From NCBI RefSeq assembly GCF_000008465.1, contig NC_006512.1, positions 2,130,001-2,162,000 of the forward strand: 32,000 nt of DNA, written 5' to 3'. The translations under genes were made by a program, and so were the position numbers. Numbering within the stretch: the first letter of the stretch is position 1; each line of letters starts with the position of its first letter. Source of the stretch: Idiomarina loihiensis L2TR (GTDB lineage Bacteria; Pseudomonadota; Gammaproteobacteria; Enterobacterales; Alteromonadaceae). The notes under the pieces were generated by a model, which saw only the letters and a list, made by a program, of their open reading frames with translations, was not told the origin of the DNA and ran no database searches. Below, piece by piece: positions 16,855-25,299 of the stretch.

Positions 16855-18795
16855 TTATTTATTCATTCGATTCTCTATCAAAGAATCTACCACACTTGGA
16901 TCGGCAAGCGTAGAGGTGTCACCAAGGTTTTCGTACTCATTAGCGGCAATTTTACGCAGAATACGACGCATAATTTTACCGGAGCGGGTTTTTGGTAAGC
17001 CTGTAGTCCAGTGAATTAAGTCTGGAGTTGCAATTGGGCTAAGTTCAGAGCGAACCCAGTTACGAACTTCTTTAGTCAGCTCATCAGTAACTTCAACACC
17101 TTCAACCGGCGTGACATAAACGTAGATGCCCTGACCTTTTAAGTCGTGCGGATATCCGACAACAGCTGCTTCGGCTACCGCTTTATGCGAAACCAGAGCA
17201 CTTTCAATTTCAGCGGTACCCAGGCGATGGCCGGAAACGTTCAGTACATCGTCCATACGACCGGTTATCCAGTAATAGCCATCGGCATCGCGGCGTGCGC
17301 CGTCGCCACTAAAGTACATACCTTTAAAGGTAGAGAAGTAGGTTTGCTCAAAGCGCTCATGGTCACCCCATAATGTGCGCATTTGACCCGGCCAGGAGTC
17401 TTTAATAACCAACCCGCCTTCGGCTTCACCTTCCTGAATGTTGCCTTCGCTATCAACCAGCGCGGGCTGAATACCGAAGAAAGGACGAGTTGCAGAACCC
17501 GGCTTCAAATCCGTGGCGCCCGGCAGCGGAGTAATCAAAATACCGCCGTTCTCGGTCTGCCACCAAGTATCCATAATTGGGCACTTACCGTTACCAATAG
17601 CGCGGTGATACCACTCCCAGGCTTCAGGGTTAATCGGCTCGCCCACGCTGCCCAAAATACGCAAGCTTTCGCGGGTTGAGGTTTTGGCCGCTTCGTCGCC
17701 TTTAGCCATTAACGCGCGAATAGCGGTTGGCGCCGTATAAAGAATATTCACTTTGTGTTTATCGACAATTTCGCCAATACGACCAACACCGGGATAAGTA
17801 GGCACACCTTCAAACATCAGGGTCGTTGCGCCGTTTGCTAATGGTCCGTAAACAATATAAGAATGGCCTGTAATCCAGCCAACGTCCGCTGCACACCAAT
17901 AGACTTCGTCTTCATGATAATCAAAAACATACTCGTGGGTCATGGATGCGTACACCATATAACCACCGGTGGTGTGCACAACCCCTTTAGGTTTTCCGGT
18001 TGAACCCGAGGTATAAAGAATGAATAGCGGATCTTCGGCATTCATCACTTCTGCCTGACACTCGTCGCTGACGTTGCCAACCAGCTCGTGCCACCAAACA
18101 TCACGACCCTCAGTCCAGTCAACATCACCCTCTGTTACACGGCACACAATGCTGTGCTCCAGCGTTGGACAAGCATCGTCAGCAATGGCTTTATCAACAT
18201 TAGCTTTCAAACCAATGGTGCCGCCACCACGACGACCTTCATCAGCGGTAATAATGGCTTTTGCCTGACAGTCGTTAATACGGTCAGCAATGGCGTTCGG
18301 AGAAAAGCCACCGAAGATAACCGAGTGAACCGCACCAATGCGCGCACAAGCCAACATGGCATAAGCCGCTTCCGGCACCATTGGCATGTAAATAGCAACG
18401 CGGTCACCTTTGCTTATACCTAGTTTTTTCAGGCCATTAGCAAAACGGGATACCTCTTTATGTAGCTCGCGGTAGGTGATGTGTTTGTCTACACTAGGGT
18501 CGTCGCCTTCCCAGATAATCGCGGTTTTATCGGCTTTATCAGCAAGGTGACGGTCGACACAGTTGTAACAGGCGTTTAGAGTGCCGTCTTCGTACCACTT
18601 AACACTGACTTTACCCGGTTCGAAACTGGTATTTTTAACTTTGGTGTAAGGTGTGAACCAAGTAATTCGCTGTCCGTGTTCACTCCAGAAACCTTCAGGA
18701 TCGTCTACTGACTGTTGGTAAAGTTTCTTATAACCGTCATTATCGATTTTGGCTTTAGCTTTGATATGTTCAGGAACTGAATACAGTTGCGACAT
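16855..18795 (-). CDS. acs: Acetyl-CoA synthetase (AMP-forming)
   Basis: Full-length Acs collinearity: [12 protein letters not shown] (AMP-binding motif), [20 protein letters not shown] move the start to the internal ATG at 18795 ([10 protein letters not shown]...). It has a strong SD, AAGGAGGAAGAGG, directly upstream and matches the usual Acs N-terminus. The 20-codon extension on the ORF track has no SD. Confidence 0.93.
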   Translation of the reverse strand: MSQLYSVPEHIKAKAKIDNDGYKKLYQQSVDDPEGFWSEHGQRITWFTPYTKVKNTSFEPGKVSVKWYEDGTLNACYNCVDRHLADKADKTAIIWEGDDPSVDKHITYRELHKEVSRFANGLKKLGISKGDRVAIYMPMVPEAAYAMLACARIGAVHSVIFGGFSPNAIADRINDCQAKAIITADEGRRGGGTIGLKANVDKAIADDACPTLEHSIVCRVTEGDVDWTEGRDVWWHELVGNVSDECQAEVMNAEDPLFILYTSGSTGKPKGVVHTTGGYMVYASMTHEYVFDYHEDEVYWCAADVGWITGHSYIVYGPLANGATTLMFEGVPTYPGVGRIGEIVDKHKVNILYTAPTAIRALMAKGDEAAKTSTRESLRILGSVGEPINPEAWEWYHRAIGNGKCPIMDTWWQTENGGILITPLPGATDLKPGSATRPFFGIQPALVDSEGNIQEGEAEGGLVIKDSWPGQMRTLWGDHERFEQTYFSTFKGMYFSGDGARRDADGYYWITGRMDDVLNVSGHRLGTAEIESALVSHKAVAEAAVVGYPHDLKGQGIYVYVTPVEGVEVTDELTKEVRNWVRSELSPIATPDLIHWTTGLPKTRSGKIMRRILRKIAANEYENLGDTSTLADPSVVDSLIENRMNK

Positions 18796-18977
18796 TACCT
18801 CTTCCTCCTTATTCGCAAGATGGTATCTGTTGTACGTTTTAAAGGGCTTAAACACTATTAGACCATAGTCTAGATTGATAAAAATTGACCAGTTAACGAG
18901 AATTAACAGCGTTTATCTTTGGCATAACAATAAAATGCACGATCAAAACGAACACTTGGCTTACAGGGGAGAACACC

Positions 18978-20156
18978 ATGGCTAAAGCAAGTATCGCAAA
19001 GAAATTCACCGTATCAGCAGCAAGCGCTGCCGTACTCGGTGTTATGAGCTTAGGAGCTCAGGCAAACGAAACTGACATCGATTTTGGTGGTTTTGTTAAA
19101 CTGGACATGATGGTATCGGACTACACCGATGGTCAGGCACCTTCAAGCGGCAGTATCGCTCGGCAACAGTATATTCCAAGCCTCACCCCTGTGGGTGGTG
19201 AAGGCGACGACATGGTCACCGATTTTCACGCACGTCAGTCGCGTTTTTTCCTTACCACCGACACTGAGTTAGATAATGGTGAAACGCTGACCGGCCATAT
19301 CGAAATGGATTTTATGTTGACCCCTGACGGTGACCAACGTATTTCAAACTCTTATAATCCGCGTCTACGTCACGCATTTTTAAAATATGGGAAATGGACT
19401 TTTGGTCAAACCTGGTCTAACTTTCAGGACCTAAACATTCTGGCTGAATCCGTCGACTTTATCGGCATCACCGATGGCATTATCTTCAACCGCCAGGCAC
19501 AAATTCGTTACACCTCCGGTGGCTTTAGCGCCTCAATTGAAAACCCTGAAACAACCGTAACACCGGTTGGTGGCGGTCGTATTATTTCCAGTGACGGTTT
19601 TGCACCGGACGTAACCTTTAAATATACCGGTAAAACTGACAACTTAACCTGGCAGGCTTCCGCACTTTTACGCCAATTAACGTACGATGTCAGTCAAACT
19701 GGCGATGATGAAACCACCTTTGGTTACGGTGTCAGCTTTGGCGCTAAATACACCTTCGGCATGGATGATATCCGCGCATCAGTTACCACAGGTTCAGGTT
19801 TAGGTCGTTATTTAGGTCTAAACACCTGGAATGGTGCTTATATTGACAGCAATGGTGAGTTAGAAGCCATTGACTCAACCGGTGTATCCTTTGCTTATCG
19901 CCACTTCTGGTCAGAGAAATTACGTTCTAACGTGGTTTACTCGCGTGGCTGGGCAGATAACGATGAAGAGTTATTAGCATCTGTCAACCCAGCGACTTAC
20001 ACTGAATACACGCAACGTCTGGCATTTAACCTGATGTATTCACCAGCGTCTAACCTGACTTTTGGTGCTGAAATTTCACAAGCGAACCGTGAAACTGAAG
20101 CCAATGTCGACGGTGACTTAAACCGTTTACAGCTGATGGCTATGTATAAGTTTTAA
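18978..20156 (+). CDS. Outer-membrane beta-barrel porin, family not assigned
   Basis: Signal peptide ending LGAQA-NE. Alternating amphipathic strands. The C-terminus MAMYKF ends in an aromatic residue, typical of OMPs. SD GGGGAG precedes ATG 18978. It is divergent from acs. Confidence 0.7.
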   Translation: MAKASIAKKFTVSAASAAVLGVMSLGAQANETDIDFGGFVKLDMMVSDYTDGQAPSSGSIARQQYIPSLTPVGGEGDDMVTDFHARQSRFFLTTDTELDNGETLTGHIEMDFMLTPDGDQRISNSYNPRLRHAFLKYGKWTFGQTWSNFQDLNILAESVDFIGITDGIIFNRQAQIRYTSGGFSASIENPETTVTPVGGGRIISSDGFAPDVTFKYTGKTDNLTWQASALLRQLTYDVSQTGDDETTFGYGVSFGAKYTFGMDDIRASVTTGSGLGRYLGLNTWNGAYIDSNGELEAIDSTGVSFAYRHFWSEKLRSNVVYSRGWADNDEELLASVNPATYTEYTQRLAFNLMYSPASNLTFGAEISQANRETEANVDGDLNRLQLMAMYKF

Positions 20157-20173
20157 TCAATAAAATAAATACG

Positions 20174-20207
20174 GGCGCACAAAGAAATGTATTTTATTTT
20201 GTGCGCC
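20174..20207. terminator. Bidirectional intrinsic terminator between convergent porin gene and ppx
   Basis: GGCGCACAAA (20174-20183) pairs with TTTGTGCGCC (20198-20207), a 10-bp stem. T-rich flanks lie on both strands (TGCTGTTTTC on +, CGTATTTATTTTATT on -). Confidence 0.7.
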
Positions 20208-20215
20208 TGCTGTTT

Positions 20216-21727
20216 TCAGCAGACTAGCAGTTCATAACCTAATTTCTGCATAACGTTGGCCTCGGACTCAAGTTGCATAGTAAGCACTGAATCCTCTTTA
20301 GCAGAGCCTTTCAGCTGCAGTTTCAACGCCCCGTCTTCAATAACAGCCTTATCCAATGAGCTCGAGTTTTGTCTATCGCTGTTTAAAATAACGCCCAGAC
20401 GCATAATTATCAGCATTTTAATAAGCTGATTCTGGCTAAACAAAATCAAGTCAGGAAATTCTGCGGTTTGTATTTTTTTACGAAAGTACCGGACAATGGT
20501 CGATAGAAAACGCTGCTCTTCGGCATTAAACCCTGGCATATAAGCGTGAGCTAAAATATAACCAGAATGCTTTTGTACACCACTGGCACTAATACTAAGT
20601 CCCACCTCGTGTAACTTAGCTGCCCCCTCTAATAACACTTCCAAATCTTGTCCGGTGAGTCCCCAGTTTTCAGCTACGCTCCCCCAAATTTGCTGAACCG
20701 TAGATAACACCCGCTGAGCTTGAGCTGAATCAACCGAGTAGCGTTGCGCTAAACTGTTAATAGTGCGCTCACGTACGTCCTGGTGCAGCAAGACTTCACC
20801 TGCCAGTTCATACAACACGCCCTCTCTTAACGCGGAGTCGTGAGGAACCAGACGTTCGATTCCCAGTTCTTCGAAAATACCCAACAGCACCGCAACACCA
20901 CCGGCAATAGATTCTCTGCGCTCGGGCGAAACCCATTCTTTATTCAGTTTTTTTAACGACTCAGCAGCAATAAGGTCTGTTCGGCACCCCTGAAGCTGGG
21001 AATAAGTTATGCCCAAAGGTTGTTCACCATCGCGTTTCACAATCCACTGATAAATAGCCTTAATGGTTCCCGACGTACCGAAAACACTTTCTACCTGGTG
21101 CTCCGCCAAATAGTTAGCTATTGGCTCAACATGCTGACGAGCGGATACAACCGCCTTATCAAAGCGTTTGGGGGTAATTTTCCCTGATGAAAAAAACTCT
21201 TTTGAAAAAGCCAGGCTTCCAATACTGCGGGAGCTTAAGAACTTCGGTTGGCGATTTTTTCCAATAGCGAATTCAGTACTGCCCCCGCCAATATCAATAA
21301 CCAGCTGAGAACCGGTAGATTCGGAACTGGTTTCCGCTACGCCACGAAAAATTAACCGGGCTTCTTCCCTGCCTGAAATGATTTCGATAGGGAAAGGTAA
21401 CACTTTGGCGGCTTCAGCCAGAAATCGCTTACGATTCTTAGCTTTTCGCAAGGTGTGTGTAGCCACAACTTTCACGGTATCGCGATGGAAACCTTCCAGC
21501 CGAACAGCGCATTGCCGGAGTGCTTCAACACCACGGTAAAGCGCAGCATCACTCAGGTGCCGGTTAGAGAGGCCTTCTCCCAGCTGTACGGGTTGCTTGA
21601 ATTTGAAAATAGGCTGAAGCTGACCTTCCACTAAACGCGCAATAATTAAATGAAAGCTATTGGAGCCAATATCCAAAGCAGCAAATTGCTTCGGGTCATT
21701 ATTAGAGGTCTTTTTGTTGGCTTTCAT
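20216..21727 (-). CDS. ppx: Exopolyphosphatase (Ppx/GppA family)
   Basis: ASKHA motifs ALDIGSNSFHLIIAR and VIDIGGGSTEF. I move the start to ATG 21727 (MKANKK...), which has AAGAGAG upstream and matches the E. coli Ppx N-terminal spacing. This start overlaps the ppk 3' end by 26 nt. Confidence 0.85.
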   Translation of the reverse strand: MKANKKTSNNDPKQFAALDIGSNSFHLIIARLVEGQLQPIFKFKQPVQLGEGLSNRHLSDAALYRGVEALRQCAVRLEGFHRDTVKVVATHTLRKAKNRKRFLAEAAKVLPFPIEIISGREEARLIFRGVAETSSESTGSQLVIDIGGGSTEFAIGKNRQPKFLSSRSIGSLAFSKEFFSSGKITPKRFDKAVVSARQHVEPIANYLAEHQVESVFGTSGTIKAIYQWIVKRDGEQPLGITYSQLQGCRTDLIAAESLKKLNKEWVSPERRESIAGGVAVLLGIFEELGIERLVPHDSALREGVLYELAGEVLLHQDVRERTINSLAQRYSVDSAQAQRVLSTVQQIWGSVAENWGLTGQDLEVLLEGAAKLHEVGLSISASGVQKHSGYILAHAYMPGFNAEEQRFLSTIVRYFRKKIQTAEFPDLILFSQNQLIKMLIIMRLGVILNSDRQNSSSLDKAVIEDGALKLQLKGSAKEDSVLTMQLESEANVMQKLGYELLVC

Positions 21728-23792
21728 AATCTCTCTTACGTCGCTTAAGATATCGGTGAATAGCGACTTGTGAAGGCACCAGCGAACGGCCTTTAGGAGG
21801 AGCCAGTCGATCCGACTCAAAACAGTATTTGTTCCGTTGTTCCGCATCAATAAAGCGTGACTTGGCTTTATCCTGCCACTGCAAGTTCATAATTTTCAAA
21901 ATATCAGTTTTCACCTCATCATCATAGATGGGTGCGGCAACTTCCACACGATGATCTAAGTTACGTGTCATTAAGTCGGCCGAAGCAATAAAGACTTCTT
22001 TCTTGCCGGCGTGCTCAAAAACGTACACCCGGGCATGCTCCAGATAGCGGTCAACAATACTACGAATTTCAATGTTCTCGCTGAGATTTTCGATTCCAGG
22101 GCGCAAAGAACACATGCCTCGCACTATGCCTCTAATTTTAACACCGGCGCGCGACGCTCTATAAAGTTGCACAATCAGGCTTTCGTCTTCTAAGTTATTC
22201 ACTTTAAAAAACAATTCGGCAGGTTTACCGGCTTTGGCCTGGTCTATCTCGAACTCGATAAGATCATTTATTCTCTGGCGCATGTTGACCGGCGCCACCA
22301 TTAAATGACGAAACTTATGTGCCCGGTAAGGTTGCTCAAGGTAATGAAATACCGATTCAACATCGGTACAAACATCCGGCTGACAGGTAAATAAACTAAA
22401 GTCAGTATAAATTTGTGCCGTTCCCTCATGAAAGTTACCGGTTCCAATTACCGCGTACCGTCGGTCGAGGCTACCCTCACTGCGATGAACTAGCACCAGC
22501 TTTGAGTGCACTTTAAGCCCGTGAATGCCAAAACTGACACGAACACCTGAGTCGGTTAATTCTTTAGCCCATTCAATGTTTGCTTCTTCATCGAACCGAG
22601 CCTGAAGCTCAACCATAACAGTCACATGCTTACCGTTTTGTACCGCGTCCATCAACGAGCGAACCACCCGAGAGTTAGGCGCCACACGATAAATACACAT
22701 TGAGATTCGGGTAACTTTAGGATCGTAAGCGGCCTGCCGGACAAACTCCGTAAAATGCGAAAACCTATGATACGGGTAATACAAGGCAATATCGCTTTTC
22801 TGAATGGCATCAAACACATTATCAAAATGCGAAAATTTTGGATGAAACAGTGCAGGCAGAGCTTTGTGCGTCAGTGATTTTTTGCCCAAATGCGGAAATT
22901 TAACGAAATCTCGTGTGTTACGATAACGGCCGCCAGCGACAAAGGAATCAAACTGGGTTAACTGCAGCTTTTCACTCAAAAAAGAGAGCATATCTTCAGG
23001 CATTGCGCGATCATAGACCAAACGCACAGGATCAGCCTTTACTCTTTGCTTTAAGCCTTCTTCCATACGTTCAAGCAAGCTTTGTTCAATATCATCTGAA
23101 GGACGGTATTCGGCGTCTCTGGTGGTCTTAAATGAAAAAGCCCGCAGCTGCTTAAACGGAATAATTCCCTTAAACAGTACTTCTAAATTCAGTTGCAGAA
23201 TGTCATCTAAAAACAAAAGCTTGTGCTTTTTACTGCGCCCCTTAGCAGGCAACTTAATAAAGCGATCCATTTGATCAGATGGCACTTCCAGCAGCGCATA
23301 CTGTTTGCCGTCAGCGTTAATAATTTCAACACAAAGATAGGTTTCATCTTCGCGGATAATATTAGAAAGGTTCCCTTTACCATTAACCCATATAGGCACA
23401 ATAAAACGCTGTACTTTTTCCGTGAAAAAACGCTTCAGCCTTTGCTTTTCTTCCTCGTTCAGCTGGTCAATGCTTAGTAGTGAAATACCATTTTTTCTTA
23501 AGGTTTCTAAGACTTCTTCCAGTACTTCATCAAAGCGTTTTTGCAGCAACACAACTTTTTTTTGCAACTGTGCCATCAACTGCTCATATTGTTCACGCTC
23601 TTCTGTCCCCTGGCTAAAGAAAATACGGCGCTTTACGTCAGCCACGCGCACCTGAAAAAACTCATCCATATTACTGGAAAAAATTCCGAGAAAGCGAATT
23701 CGTTCAATTGCCGGAACCGTGCTGTCAGCAGCTTCTTGCAACACTCGTTCGTTAAAGGAAAGCCAGCTTAGTTCTTTATTAAAAAATTTCAT
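21702..23792 (-). CDS. ppk: Polyphosphate kinase 1
   Basis: N-terminal NKELSWLSFNERVLQEA. Two PLD-like HKD regions (VHSKLVLV..., YLEHARVY..). About 690 aa, collinear with E. coli Ppk. Confidence 0.95.
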   Translation of the reverse strand: MKFFNKELSWLSFNERVLQEAADSTVPAIERIRFLGIFSSNMDEFFQVRVADVKRRIFFSQGTEEREQYEQLMAQLQKKVVLLQKRFDEVLEEVLETLRKNGISLLSIDQLNEEEKQRLKRFFTEKVQRFIVPIWVNGKGNLSNIIREDETYLCVEIINADGKQYALLEVPSDQMDRFIKLPAKGRSKKHKLLFLDDILQLNLEVLFKGIIPFKQLRAFSFKTTRDAEYRPSDDIEQSLLERMEEGLKQRVKADPVRLVYDRAMPEDMLSFLSEKLQLTQFDSFVAGGRYRNTRDFVKFPHLGKKSLTHKALPALFHPKFSHFDNVFDAIQKSDIALYYPYHRFSHFTEFVRQAAYDPKVTRISMCIYRVAPNSRVVRSLMDAVQNGKHVTVMVELQARFDEEANIEWAKELTDSGVRVSFGIHGLKVHSKLVLVHRSEGSLDRRYAVIGTGNFHEGTAQIYTDFSLFTCQPDVCTDVESVFHYLEQPYRAHKFRHLMVAPVNMRQRINDLIEFEIDQAKAGKPAELFFKVNNLEDESLIVQLYRASRAGVKIRGIVRGMCSLRPGIENLSENIEIRSIVDRYLEHARVYVFEHAGKKEVFIASADLMTRNLDHRVEVAAPIYDDEVKTDILKIMNLQWQDKAKSRFIDAEQRNKYCFESDRLAPPKGRSLVPSQVAIHRYLKRRKRDYESQQKDL

Positions 23793-23853
23793 AGCGTAGA
23801 CATGGCAACAGATACATCATGCCACTAGCCTAGCGTACTCGGACTGTATTTTT

Positions 23854-23871
23854 ATGACAGTAATATGACAG
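23854..23871 (-). promoter_or_regulatory. Pho box (PhoB binding site) upstream of ppk
   Basis: The - strand reads CTGTCAT-ATTA-CTGTCAT. Both heptamers match the E. coli Pho-box consensus CTGTCATAWAWCTGTCAY perfectly. The proximal end lies 61 nt upstream of the ppk ATG (23792). Confidence 0.75.
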
Positions 23872-23894
23872 TCGCGTTATAAAACGCGACTGTC
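23867..23894 (-). terminator. Hairpin 22 nt downstream of the phoA stop (probably a leaky terminator)
   Basis: GACAGTCGCGTT (23867-23878) pairs with AACGCGACTGTC (23883-23894), a perfect 12-bp stem with a 4-nt loop. The downstream tract on the - strand (AUAUUACUGU...) is only moderately U-rich. Confidence 0.55.
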
Positions 23895-23916
23895 GGAGGG
23901 AACTTACAAAGAGGGA

Positions 23917-25224
23917 TTATTTAACGACTTTTATTAGCTGCTTGCCAATATCAGTATTGTCCATATAGCCACCGAAGTTCTCGCTATACGGGCCGTCGGC
24001 GAAGACAGGAACATCAACGCCGGTGTGTCCGCTGGTTGTCCAGCCAGTGCCGGTAATATCGCCCGTTATATAGACCAATGCCTGATGCAGAGCCTCCTGC
24101 TGCTCTTCACCTTCTTTTTCAGCAGCAATAGCAAGTTCATCAAGATACTCCTGAGTCAGCTCAAAGTTAACTTTGTCAGCTACATACTCCGCCCAGCTAT
24201 CCGTATCCATGGTCAGCATTTCCTTACTCATGGACGCAATAGAGCTTTTAATTTTCATAACACGGTCAGAATGCCAGGCATACTCGCCGTCACGCCCTAG
24301 TGTCAGACCGCCAGTTGAGTGATCAGCCGTCATAACAATTAAGGTATTGGGGTTGTTTTCGCGGTATTCACTCACCACTTTCAAGGCGCGGTTTAGCCCG
24401 TCCATTTCGTGTACGGCACAAGCAATGTCGTTAGCATGACCACACCAGTCAATTTCGCTGCCTTCAATCATTAAAGCAAACGGCTGCTGCTTTTTATCCA
24501 ATAAGCGCAAAGCGGTACGTGTCATATTGGCCAACGCATCAACATCGCCATCAATAGCAAACGGCAGACCTTTTTCTGCAAAAAGCCCCATTACAGGCGT
24601 AGAGTCAACCGAGTTTAGCTTTTGCATATCGGTTACTACCTGCATGCCATGCTCTGGCAATACATCCAGCCAGTTTTTGTCGTCACGGTTAAAATAGCTT
24701 TGTCCGCCACCTAGCATGACGTCAAAAGACGGCTTACCTTCAACCACCTGAGTCGCAATTTTGTCGGCTATTTGATTATATTCGTAGCGCGACGGGTGAT
24801 GAGTGAAAAACGATGCCGGTGTTGCATGATTAACTTGTGATGTCGATACCGAACCCGTTGACCAGCCATTTTCACGAGCCAGTTCCATGATACTCTGCAG
24901 CGGATATTTATCTGAATCGACCGCAATAGCGCCATTGTAACTTTTAACGCCTGTAGCCAGAGCGGTTGCACCCGCAGCTGAGTCAGTAACCCAGGTATTA
25001 TCATCAGGATAGGTTGTTGCGGCGCCTTTCAGCATGGCATCAAACTCAGTTTCAGCAATCGTTTTGCTGTCTAAATCAGACATGGCATAACGGTACGCGC
25101 TAATATATTCAAATCCCATACCGTCACCAATAATATAAATAATATTGGGTTTCTGTTCTTCTGCCTGCACCATTGTAGATGCCAACGCCAGTCCAATACC
25201 GGCTGCCAGTGCTTTGAGTTTCAT
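23917..25224 (-). CDS. phoA: Alkaline phosphatase (PhoA family), secreted
   Basis: Signal peptide MKLKALAAGIGLALASTMVQA. Metal/active-site motifs IIGDGMG, VTDSAAGATALATG (nucleophile Ser), DWCGHAND, TADHSTGG. SD AAGGAG upstream. A Pho box lies in the promoter. Confidence 0.87.
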   Translation of the reverse strand: MKLKALAAGIGLALASTMVQAEEQKPNIIYIIGDGMGFEYISAYRYAMSDLDSKTIAETEFDAMLKGAATTYPDDNTWVTDSAAGATALATGVKSYNGAIAVDSDKYPLQSIMELARENGWSTGSVSTSQVNHATPASFFTHHPSRYEYNQIADKIATQVVEGKPSFDVMLGGGQSYFNRDDKNWLDVLPEHGMQVVTDMQKLNSVDSTPVMGLFAEKGLPFAIDGDVDALANMTRTALRLLDKKQQPFALMIEGSEIDWCGHANDIACAVHEMDGLNRALKVVSEYRENNPNTLIVMTADHSTGGLTLGRDGEYAWHSDRVMKIKSSIASMSKEMLTMDTDSWAEYVADKVNFELTQEYLDELAIAAEKEGEEQQEALHQALVYITGDITGTGWTTSGHTGVDVPVFADGPYSENFGGYMDNTDIGKQLIKVVK

Positions 25225-25253
25225 ACCACGACTCCTTTGTGAATAACCTAGTC

Positions 25254-25288
25254 AGTATAACAAAGCGCGAATGTCAGGAATATGACAA
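25254..25288 (-). promoter_or_regulatory. Pho box plus -10 element of the phoA promoter
   Basis: The - strand reads TTGTCAT-ATTC-CTGACAT (25288-25271), matching 6 of 7 positions in each heptamer. After 11 nt comes TATACT (25259-25254), the canonical Pho-promoter geometry in which the box replaces the -35. SD AAGGAG and ATG 25224 follow. Confidence 0.7.
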
Positions 25289-25299
25289 TAGCCGCAGAA

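Noticed and set aside
18796-18855. N-terminal extensions on the ORF track: acs at 666 aa, ppx at 544 aa (21728-21850), and metX from TTG 26750.
   Set aside because: In each case an internal ATG has a properly spaced SD and restores the usual family N-terminus. The extensions have no SD, and for ppx the extension would run deep into ppk.
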